Source of the DNA: Eledone cirrhosa
Lineage: Eukaryota
NCBI GenBank assembly: GCA_964016885.1
Contig: OZ024742.1
Location: 276,210,001 to 276,274,000, forward strand
Direction of reading: 5' to 3'
Length of the DNA stretch: 64,000 bases
The notes beneath the pieces were generated by a model. It worked only from the letters and a program-made list of their open reading frames with translations, ran no database searches and was not told the DNA's origin. Both the position numbers and the translations under genes were made by a program. Positions within the stretch are counted from its first letter, which is position 1; each line of letters starts with the position of its first letter. Shown here in pieces: positions 27,601 to 39,600 of the stretch.

Positions 27601-30051
27601 CACCCAGTAGAGATTGTAAAGTGGTAGTGATGGTGCCACAAAAAACACACCCAGTAAGATGATTGTTGTTGTTAAGAAGGTTACCCAGCCACAGGAACCC
27701 TGCCAAATATGGAATATGTGATCAAAATGGTCAGTCCAATCCATTTAATAACCTGTTCAACCAATGCCAGTGTGGAAAGAGGATGTATGATGACGATGAC
27801 AGTAGTGGTGGTACTGAGGTTTATCCATCAAGTCATTGAAGTGATTTAATTCAATTTTAAGTGTGTAAACCCTCAATCAAACCAAGTTAATACTTTATTG
27901 TTTTGTATATTATCTCTCAAACATTATTTCTTTCAGATGCAAGAAGTAAAGAGGTGTAAATATTTATTGCCTCACCATTAGCACTAATAACACTGATACA
28001 ATATATAAATGCAAGATGTCACAGCTGAATATCTACTGCATTATCCATTAAGACAAGGTATTTCCATATAATACATCACTAAGAGTTAAAATTTAAGAAT
28101 TATACAATAAACTAACTGCTAATACACTGGCAGTATTGTTTTACTATGAGAATACACAAATGTTTTATACATAAACAGTAAACTAACTGCCTAATCTGAT
28201 AATACAACAAAAGAAACCTCTATCTATAAATATGCCATTGTAACAGACAGTCTACAAGCTTGTTTTGATGTGACCCATTTTTGCTTTTGTTTGTTTATAG
28301 ATCACGCATATACAATTATAGCTAAAACCCTTTAAACAAATAATTGTTTCTACTTTAGGCACAAGGCCAGCAATTACCCAGTGCATTACTGGTACTTTAT
28401 TTTATCAACCCCGTAAGGATGAAAGGCAAAGTCAACCTCGGCGGGATTTGAACTCAGATCGTAAAGGGATCTGAGTTCAAATCCCACCGAATGTGAATTA
28501 GCTGGTATTCACTGGTAAAAGAACAATTAAAAACTGTTCAAACTGTCCATTTGGAATTGAATTACACATCTGTTGTATGTATACCAAAGAAGGGCTATAT
28601 TATTTTATTGAAGCAGGGTAAAAGGTAGGCCACTTCACAACAATACATCAAGTATTCCTTATTATGTTTTTAGTTTGCTTGTCTTTACTATTTTCCATCC
28701 ACTTCTCCATTCAAGTATAGGTGGGATGATTTTCTTTATAAACTGGGACAGTTACATACTGCTAGAGCTATTATTTTTCGATCTGAATGCCCTTTCTACT
28801 AGCAACTATTTAAGCATGAAGAACAGGTGGAATAGATTAAGTCAGCAGAGTTACGTCCTTTGCCATTTTTTTTAAATTTAATTTCTTTCATTGAAGTGCT
28901 TCAGCTGAAAGAAAAATATTTATGCTCTGTATCCCAATAAGAAATGGGTGATAAGTCTAATGCCAGGTTTACTATATACTTTGATCTATGTATGATATCA
29001 TTTGAAACACTCTTCTAAGGAACAGATTTAGTCTGGTTAAGATGTTCACTTTGCAACCATGTGATTCTGGGTTCAATTTCACTTGAGTCTCTTTCTACCG
29101 TAGACTCAGATTGACTAATCAATGACTTGCAAGACAGTATCTGCATGGCAAAAGATATATGCATTATTGATAAAAGCAGTACAACATACAGATTGCCAAT
29201 AAAATACCTATGTCACTCTTACTAACAGAAATGCAGCGAACCAGTCCTTAGCCCATTGGAAACATTATAGCCTACAAAAAAATGCTTGATGTATATAAAA
29301 AATGTACAGAAAGTAAAAAAAAAATCTTTGTTATTCCTCCAGCTTAATGAAATAAGCTAGTGTCATTAATCAATTTTGTTGCTAAAACATCTAAAATATA
29401 TGGTCTGAAAAACAGATCAATCTAACAGAGCATATATACAAGCTACTAACTATAGTGGATAAGGTATTGAACTACCAGAAGATAAATCATGAATATAAGC
29501 TAACTGTAGATGCTTCATTCTGTGTCTGTGAATCAGAACCCAATTTTCTACACTGCTACTGTTTAAACAGATTCTGGAAATAGGTAACCAGATCAACTAA
29601 GAATGTTGTAATTGGAGATGGTTGTTTCTGAAAGGACCTGCTGGAAGGTGTACTTGAGGACTCTTTCCTCACGACCCACCACCAAGCAGACAATGACGAC
29701 CACAACCCTAGAAATGCTAGATCTGATGTTTTCTAGAGATAAACACATACACACGACATAGCTGACAAAAATGAGGAGGAAAACAGGAAAAGGAAAATGA
29801 AAGAAAACCATGGTTATATATAACTTCTAGAAAAAGTACAATATATAAGCAATACCTTTATGAACACACCGACGTGCAATTTCCCATAGAACTAAACCAA
29901 GGGCATACACATCTGCTTGTTTGAACGATTCAAAATGTTTCCTATTTATAGTGTCATCCAATATTTCTGGGCTCATATACAATTTGGTACCCTGTCGAGA
30001 ATTTGGTGCAATATCCACTTCATTAGTTTCACTGCAAAAGAAAACAAAAGA

Positions 30052-30088
<37 letters not shown>

Positions 30089-33000
30089 AACACACATAAA
30101 TATAAGTAAAAAGATAGACTATCAGCAAAAATTAGAGTTAGGTTTCTATAAGGTACATAACTCTATTTGTTAAGTTGACAAGTTCCACAAAAATTTATGC
30201 CCATTACCCAAATTTAAAAAAGCAATTCTACAAATGCTGATATGGTTGGCAAAAAGGTTAGTAGCCTTCTCACTCCCTTAAATAATAATAAAGCGTTTTT
30301 TCTAAAATTAATCATTTTAAATCAATTATACATGCATTGTGATATGCTTTTTTTTTTTTGTTTCCACCAGTCCCCATTCTCCCAAATTCTGAACACTAGC
30401 ATGTGTTGGAGCAAGTATTTGTACGGCTAAATTATCTAGCTACAGCTATCAAGCAAACTATGCATCACTAAAACATGTCAAGAGCAGTCACCATGCTGCT
30501 AAAGAACAGACACTGCATTTCATGTCTAATAACTTTTAATTTATTAAAATTTGGGAGTTATCTCCCCTTGTCGCCATGACTAGAATTAGTCATTTAGATT
30601 AAATGCACTGGGTAATTACTGGCCTTGTGCCTAAAGTAGAAACAATTATTTTAAGTGTAATTTTAATTAAATTTTTTTGGAATAGTTGTTACTTCCCTTT
30701 TAGGTGGACAGACAGTGCCTAACAAATCATTGTGTATATAAAAAATGTGATGTAACAGTATAACATTAGAGTTATGGCCCTTTACTTTCTGAGTTCAAAT
30801 CCCGCTGAGGTTAACTTTGCCTTTCATCCTAACGGGGTCGATAAAATAAAGCACCGGTAACGTACTGGGATAATTGCTGGCCTTGTGCGAAAAGTAAAAA
30901 CAATTATTTATAAATGTAGTGTGAATTAGGAGAAATACTATAACATTATTTATCAATAAATACTAGCAGGATTCATGAAAATTCCACATTATATAAATTT
31001 TCTTATTTCTATTTTGATGCAAAAATTTATGGATCTACATAGCACAAATTCAATATGTTAAAGAATTAGATTTTGTTCCATATTCAAGGTTTAAAGCACA
31101 ACACTTGGACTCATAAATGCAGAATAGTATTATAGATAAAGACTCTCTATTCTTTTTCACCTTCTTTGCCCACTTATTCCTGCGAGAGTTGTGGGGGCAG
31201 AGTCCCTCAAGCACACCTGCCAGTGTGTTGTGACAGAAGCAATCAGATCCCCAAGCAAGACCAGCTAAGTTCATGGATGTCATCCAACCATCTTGCTCAT
31301 GGTCTACCCTTGGGTCTCCTGGTGGTTAGTTTTGCCTGTAATTCTTTCTTTAGACATTCTCACCAATATACTAATTCTCTAATTTATTTAGCAGATTAAA
31401 ATTCAGGGAACATAACTGCAATTTATTTTAAACAAAGGCATTAAAGTTGATAGCTATATTTTCATTAACAATTTCAGATGCATTAAGAGAATGAGTATCT
31501 AATCTAATGCTAGTAAAGATACTTGACATATATTTTCAGTTAACATCGTTTTTAGTATCTGCAAATATAATAAACAAGCAGAGATTACAATCCAAGTGAC
31601 AAAATTATTATGAGGGAGGAATAAGAAAATTTATAAACAAATTATATATTTCCCTGCCAATTTTTCATTAAATTCCCAAGTTTATGTTGGTTTTTCAGAT
31701 TTTGGTGGAAAGTCTTTATACAGCCATACATCTTGATAGAACAGCTAAATCTCCATCAAATAACACACTAGAGTATTTTTTAAATTAAATGATACATAGG
31801 ATATTCTAGTCATAAATATACCATATTTGAAAAATGACATAATGATCAAGAGAAGAATACCTAATTTTGATTCAAAGCTGACATGGTACTAAGCAATAAT
31901 ACAAACCAGGTGTATCCACACAAAATTTGTTATTTTTATCAGTAATGTAATACTGCTATAATTATAATTGGCACAATTGAATCAACAAAACTTTTAAAAA
32001 AAGCTGTTTACCTATATGATCACAGAAATATTAGAATCAGCTGGTAGACCACTATCTTAATCATTAACCACCCTTTCATAGCTACAGGTATTTCACAAAA
32101 GAGAATTGCCTCTGGTTGGTTGAGTGAAATTTGGTAGGCAAAAATGCAGAAAACCATTGTGTGTGCATGTATGTGTGTATGTAGGTGTACTCCCAATAAT
32201 GTCTGTGTTTATGGGTCAGCCCTTTTTCAGGCATCCATTTTGAAATGTCTGACAGAGACTTAGAAATCAAGTCCCATGGGAAGAGACAAGTTAATCAGAA
32301 AATTCCTTTTTTTTTTTTTTTTTTAAAGAATCAAAGCAAAGCAACACTATAAATTTACTGTGTACATAGAGGAAGTGAGAATGGATACACTTTGGCGATG
32401 GTAAGTTTTGTATAGATAAGTGTGTATATGTCCTATTGCTCTTGAGTATATCAAGTCCCATATGAGGGAGGGGAAAAATAGATGTTAAGAAGAGAGTATC
32501 GGTATGTATGGTAATTATTAAGGTGGGTGTAGTACTTCTATCAGGGTAGACAGTGTATATATATATATATATGTATATATATGTGTATATACATATGTGT
32601 GGGTGGGGGAGAAAACAATGAAAAACACTGGAGAACAATATAACGATGAGATATATCAGTTTAATGCTTGATACAGTGGGAAAAGAATCCTTGTTTCAGA
32701 TGTTATTGGAAGACAGAATGAGAGAGAGAAGAAATAGAAAGCTACACAAGAATAAGAATAGAAAGAAAAAAAGAAAATGAATTTTCATGTGAAATTAGTC
32801 AGCTATTTTGGATACACACACACACACACATTAGGTGAAACATAATTACTATACCTAATATATTTGACACAAAGCCCAAGGTCTGCTATACAACATGTAA
32901 GGTTCTTCTTCACCAAAATATTCTTACTTTTTATGTCTCGATGGGCTAATGCAGGTTTACCTTGAAGAGAATGGAGTTAATAGTGTATCAATAACAATAC

Positions 33001-36000
33001 CAAGACAAGCAATAACAGAAGCAGAAGGAAAATAGTAATGAATTAACAAGTTAGTAACATATAAAATTATTATCCCTCCCATCTAATACAGGCTGATACA
33101 GGTAAAGAGTCTTCTCAATCCTTTTGGCATGGTTTCTACAGCAAGATGCCCTTCCTATCACCACCACAGGGTGCACTTACCTTACACTAAAATAATAATA
33201 ATAAAGTCGTAGCAGTACCAATAATAGTTGGAGCTTTAGGAACAGTAAGTAAAGATCTTGATATGTACATTTCACAAATAGGGGTTGCAATATGATAACA
33301 GCTATGTATGATTACAGATAGGGGTTGCAATATGATAACAACTATGTATGATTACAAATGACAGCACTGCTTGGAACAGCTATAATACTCCAGAGGGTAC
33401 TTGACAACATAATACACCTCTGGTATTAGAAGATGAACAAAGAAAACAATAATAATACTAATAGAGTCATCAAAGAAAATTTAAAAAAATGAATAAGTAC
33501 TCACCTTTTGCTCCATATATTTCTGCATGAAGGAATGCAAGACCTGCTACCGTTGAGTGTGCTAAACGCATCATGTCAACAGCATGCAATGTGTTTGCTC
33601 TAAGGAAATCATATAGAGACCCATGATCATGGTAGTCTGTTATGAGATATAGCTGTGTACCTTTGATATCAGCAGCTAGAAAACCTGAAAGACAAAACAG
33701 AAAAGAAATTATCTTACTTCTAATCTAAACCACTAGCTACACTACATAACAAAGCTGGCAAATCTGTGGTGTGTGCACCCAACATGGCCCATGGAAACCT
33801 TTTTATTGGCATGCAGGAGACATACAACTTAGCTATTTAACGGCAAACTATAATTTATCAGCTTTCATCTCAAGAATGGATACATTGACTCTCTGATACA
33901 TTGCTTCAAGATGAAAAATAAAGAAAGTAAATATGTTCTTCAGTAAAAAGTAATCATCTTGCTCTAAATGACAATATCTGTATTACTTAAATTTCTCAGT
34001 ATTTTTTGCAAGACTACTGTAAAGAGAAAGGTGTACAGACAACAGAAGCATCTCCAGTATATGAAAGACCACCACCACCACCACTATATAATGGTTATTT
34101 CCCATGCTTGCATGGGTTAGACTTATTTTTATCAATTTATGAGATGAATGTCAAAATCAAAACTAGCATTAATTGAATGCAGAAACACAAGGCATCAAGT
34201 TTAAAATTTTGCCATATCTATTCAGGTATTTTACTGTTTACAGTAACACGAAAATGATATATTATTAATGATTAATTCTCCATTTACAATATTTATTTAC
34301 TTCATATTACAATTTGTGAATGTTGTCAGTTAAAGGTTTCCAATGGTCAATCAGTTTCCCTGTATTTCTGATGGTGAAAGTGACAAGTTAGCATTTACAA
34401 TTCAATATAAAATAAATATGCAATCACACACACACTTGATAGGCTTCAGTTCAATTTCCAACTACCATATTCCTATCACAAGTTATTAGTCAACTCAATG
34501 TTAAGGCTGAAGTCATTTCCTCAAGGCACCACATGGTGGGATTGAACTTGGAACAGCATGGTTGTGAAAGGAATCTCTTAACTGCAGTCATATCTGCACC
34601 CTTTATTAATATAATGTCTGTGAAATACTATCTTTGTAATAATTAGATTTGCAGTCTTACAACATATTTTCTTTAAAATATTCACATAAAATTAAATTTT
34701 ATGCAGCTATTATTATAATACAAATAATTAATAAAATCCCAAACTATATATTAGTATTTTGCAAGCATACATTTCATATTACAAGCATACATACAAGTGA
34801 GTGATAGGAAAACATTTTCCTTCTATGCATGTGACCAGTGCCACGATGAAGTTCTTTCCTCCGGCTCACTCTGTCCAGCATTGCCATGTGAAGTTCCCTT
34901 GCTTCCAATCCAATGTGATCATCTTCAACGACATCTTTCAGTATGACGTTTGATCGCTCAACTCGTTTGCATATATTTGGTTTCCAGAGAAGAACTCTGC
35001 CAGCAAGTTCATTGTAATAATTCACATGTCCAGCTCATGCAAACCTCCGTCACTTTATAATGTCAGAAATGTTAGGAACCTTCTACATACTATTAACTAG
35101 ATTTATTTGTATTTCATTTTCTGGTTCTATGTTTCAGTGTCTTAAAATTATCTTACAGCTCTTTATTTCTACATATGTACATATATCTTGCCTAAATTTG
35201 ATAGGAGTTTGATTATTTCTATTATTAAATAGCACATTAAATGATGATGATGATGATGATGATGATGATAAGAGTGGGGTAAGATATCTGAAGAAATCAT
35301 GAAAAATAAAGTTCATTTTCTGAAAAACAATATTCAGTTTCCAAAAATATAATCCCAAAATTAGATTTAAAAAGAAAAGAAAACCCTGACTTTTTCAACT
35401 GATATTGTTTTAACAGTGTAAAGAATATTTTATTGGCTCGTTTTCTTCAACTTTCCATCACTTACAAGCGTGTATGCAGTACATGGCTAGATTTATATTT
35501 TAGAAAATTACGGAGAGATGTTTAAGTCTTCCAAACTACTAATATAATTTTTTTTATTTTTTTGTATTTATAATGATGCATTGTTCATCATCTCGACAAA
35601 CACTTCTAAGGGAAATAACTCAATCAAATCAACTGATAATTAAGTAAACGAAAAATGAGTCACTTGAAATTGGAGTAGAACTTAGAGAACAGTCGTCTCC
35701 AAATGACATTAACTCTTCGAAGTGTTTGGGGCATCGAAAACAGCCATCCTCAATCACTTGCATGCAATAATGAAGGTGTCCAATCTGCACCAATGGGTAC
35801 TCCACGCTCTGATTGCCCATAATCATGAATATCAAGCAGTAGCTGTGACTTCTCTGCTCTCCTACCATCACACAACCAACTGGATACATTCAATTGTCAT
35901 TGGTAACGAAAAATGGTGTCTCTACATTAATGTCAAGTGCAAGCAATCGTGGGTTGATAAAGAGTGTGGCACAATGGCAAGCAAAGGCTGGCCTTCACTT

Positions 36001-36527
36001 TTGCAAGGCCCTACTGAGTGTCTGGTGTGACTAGAAAGGTCTCATCCACTATGAGCAGCTTCCACCAAACAGCAGAATAACCACTGACATAATTGCTAAC
36101 AATTTAACAGATTAGTAGCAAAAATCGCACAGGTGTGCCTACACTATAGTTTTGTCCTATTCCTTCATGATAACACTTGGCTGCATACATCAAGGACGAC
36201 CCATGAGAAGCTGCTGGAGCTGGTTGGAAGGTTCTGCCCCACCCATCATTTCTACTTGATCTTATGCCTACAGACTATCACCTTTTTCTCTCAATGAGCA
36301 ATGCAATGCAGTCAAAGACCTTCACCAATGAAGGTCAATTAAATCAGTGGCTGATGGAATTCTTTGCATCAAAGCCAGAAAAATTCTACAGGGATTGAAT
36401 TATGTGCCTTCCTTAACGATGGCAGACGGTAATCACAAATGATGGCGACTATTTTGACTTTCTTTCCTATGATAAAAATGCTAAAATCAATAAAAATTGG
36501 AAAAACGGCAAGAACTTGCTGTCCAAC

Positions 36528-36600
<73 letters not shown>

Positions 36601-39600
36601 GAAGTGTGTCAGAAAAGTTCCAGGACTGATGTCACAAAAGATTTATTTCAAACCCAAACTTCACACTAAGAGTTTTCTTTTTCAAAGTAATCCCCCTGGA
36701 GTATGTAACTGTAATCTTAGCTCTTTGCAGCGATCAAACTTTTTTCTTCATAATTTTATATACATGTCCTGACGCTGATAAGAAGGTAGCTTGGAAGTGT
36801 CACTATAAAAGGCTACTAAATGAGGAGAATAAATGGGAGAAAGACAGTCTCCCCCACATCGATCCAATAGAGGGACCAGCAGTGTTAGTCGAAGGTAGTA
36901 TAAGGCAATCAAAGATATGAAGACGGGTAAGGCGGCTGGGCCTTCGGAAATAGTTGCTGAAATGCTGAAAGCTTCTGGAACGGTGGGACACACCATGGTC
37001 ACTCGGATAGTAAACCAAGTCATACAGAATGGGGTTGTTCCGAAGGACTGGCGTAGCAGCATCATCATTAACTGTTACAAGGGTAAAGGAGATGCCCTAG
37101 ATAGAGGTAACTATAGAGGCATTAAATTAATCGACCAGGTCATGAAGGTCACAGAAAAAGTAATAGCGCAACTAATCAGAGAGCGAATTGATCTAGATGA
37201 AATGCAGTTTGGGTTTGTGTCAGGTAAAAGTACCACAGACACTCTTTTCATTGTACGACAACTACAGGAGAAGTACCAAGCTAAAAGTAAACCCCTATAC
37301 TTAGCTTTTGTCGACTTGGAGAAAGCCTTTGACAGAGTCCCCCGTTCCATTAACTGGTGGGCTCTTAGAAAACTAGGTGTTGATGAATGGCTTGTGAGAG
37401 CTATACAAGCCATGTATAAAGAAACAGTCAGCAAGGTTAGAATTAACAACGAATATAGTGAAGAGTTTAGCGTAAAAGTTGGTGTTCATCAGGGCTCCAT
37501 TCTTAGCCCCCTACTATTTATTATTGCCCTTCAGGCTATAACAGTGGAGTTCAAGACCGGCTGCCCATGGGAACTCTTATACGCAGATGATCTAACACTC
37601 ATAGCTGAATAAATGGCCGAACTAGAGAAGAAATTCCAAACATGGAAGCATGGCCTAGAATCAAAAGGCCTTAAAATTAACCTGTCTAAGACTAAAGTTC
37701 TAGTTTGTAGGAAGGAAAATAGGGCACCGGTCCCATCCGGGAAATGGCCATGCTCAGTGTGTAGGAAAGGAGTAGGTAGAAACTCCATTTTATGTCCCAA
37801 ATGCAAAGAATGGGTGCATAAAAGATGTAGTGGGATCACAGGTAAGCTAACAAAGAGCATAGATTTTATATGTGGCCGGTGCTCTGGTGCAATAAGTAGC
37901 AGCAAGTGCCCAGATACTAGCTCATTCCATTGCACAGATGGTTCTATAGAAATAATGGACAGCTTCCATTACCTGGGTGACAAAATCAGCAGTGGGGGAG
38001 GGTGCTCTAAAAGTACAGTAGCTAGAGTCAGAACTGGATGGAAAAAGTTCAGAGAGCTTATATCACTATTAGCCGCTAAAGGGTTCTCTCTAAAAATGAA
38101 AGGCAGGCTGTATGATGCCTGCATATGAACAGCAATGTTACATGGCAGTGAGACCTGGGCATTGTGTGCAGAGGATATACGCAGACTGGAGAGGAACGAA
38201 GCTTGCATGCTCCGCTGGATGTGTAATAGTAATATACGTGAACAGCAAAGCATAAACGAACTAAGGGAAAAATTAGAAATAAGAGGGATCAGATGTTGTT
38301 TACTCGAGAGAAGACTACGTTGGTATGGTCACGTGATGCGCATGAAAGACGACTGCTGTATAAAAAAGTGCAGGGCAATAAAAATAGGCGGTAGCCACGG
38401 AGTAGGCAGACCCAGAAAAACCTGGGACGACTTGATAAATTGCGACCTCACACACTTACACCTCTCCAAGACAATGTCACTGGACCGAGATCTTTGGCAC
38501 TACACAGTAATACAGAAGACCCGCCTTACCTAAGTACAAAGTGAAACCTCATCACTCGTCGACTACTGTCGAGATGATGGATCTCACTCTCATGCCCCAG
38601 AATCCCCTGTCCCCCCCATCGCTGCTGATTCCCGTATCCCTAGAGATAACATCAGGGAATGGCAGCTTCCTACTCCTAGTCAGGCTGGAGTCAGGGTTCC
38701 AGAGCAAGAGAGCGGATATGATTTCATTGCTGGCACGGTGACAGTGGCCAGCAAATTGAGCTCTCCGGGATTTTAGAAGGGCAGAGGCTCGAGGGAGTTT
38801 GCCATAGATTTTAGACAAGGTGGGATGTCATTTCCAGTCAGTAGGCACCTCTAACAAAAATACACCCCCCGTCCCACTACCCCCACCCCATCCACACCAC
38901 CCCTTTCAATGTAAAGTTATGTTGGTACCACAACATCCAGTCCAAAACAAATGAGGTCGTGTAGGTGTCACGACAAAAAAACACACACTCCACGCTGTAA
39001 TGTGGCCGTGTAGGTGTCACGACAAAAAAAACACACACTCCACGGTGTAATGTGGCCGTGTAGGTAACACGGTACAAACCTCCCAGACCACACTGTAAAT
39101 GTGGTTGGTGTTAGGAAGGGCATCCAGCCGTAGAAAACCCACCAGACAGTCCTATGCGAGCAAGACAACCACTCTTGCCTCAAGTGGGAAACTCCCGTCC
39201 AAACCCATGCAAGCATGGAATATGGACGTTAAACGATGATGATGATGATGATGATGTCCTCTGTTTCAGGTCGTCAAGCAATGAGCACAGAGCAACGAAC
39301 AAACTCGAAGTTTCTGGTACGGTTGGGGAAAACTCCGTCAGAATCACTGGGATTGCTGCAGCAAGTGTATGGAGATGAGATGATGTCACGCTCACATGTT
39401 TTTGAGTGGTACAAGAGGTTTAAAGAAGGACACGAGGACGTGGAAGATGACCCCAGGAGCGGAAGACCCTCAACAACCAGGACTGAGTCAACTTTGAGCG
39501 CATCAGGCAGATGGTGCATAGCGATCGTCGGCTGACTGTTCGACTGATGGCAAATGAGCTGGGCATGAATCAGGACAGCACCTGGAAGATTCTCACTGAA

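Noticed and set aside
26503-32963. Two exons use AAG rather than YAG acceptors
   Set aside because: AAG acceptors are a known minor class; the polypyrimidine tracts and reading frame are fine.
33653-33664. AAG|GTACACAG| could be read as a donor plus acceptor hiding the missing L45 residues
   Set aside because: Only 8 nt lie between the sites, too short for an intron and frame-breaking. I saw no GSWT-encoding micro-exon or duplicate exon nearby, although a by-eye search is not exhaustive.
38950-39100. ~50-nt direct repeats that look like a CRISPR-type array (also 25850-26000 and 61040-61220)
   Set aside because: These are tandem units in the RTE 3' UTR with no unique spacers; the context is eukaryotic with no cas genes.
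39256-39283. Acceptor-like ctctgtttcag|g just upstream of the mariner ATG (possible domestication or exonisation)
   Set aside because: It is antisense to the host gene, and the transposase has a frameshift and a premature stop.
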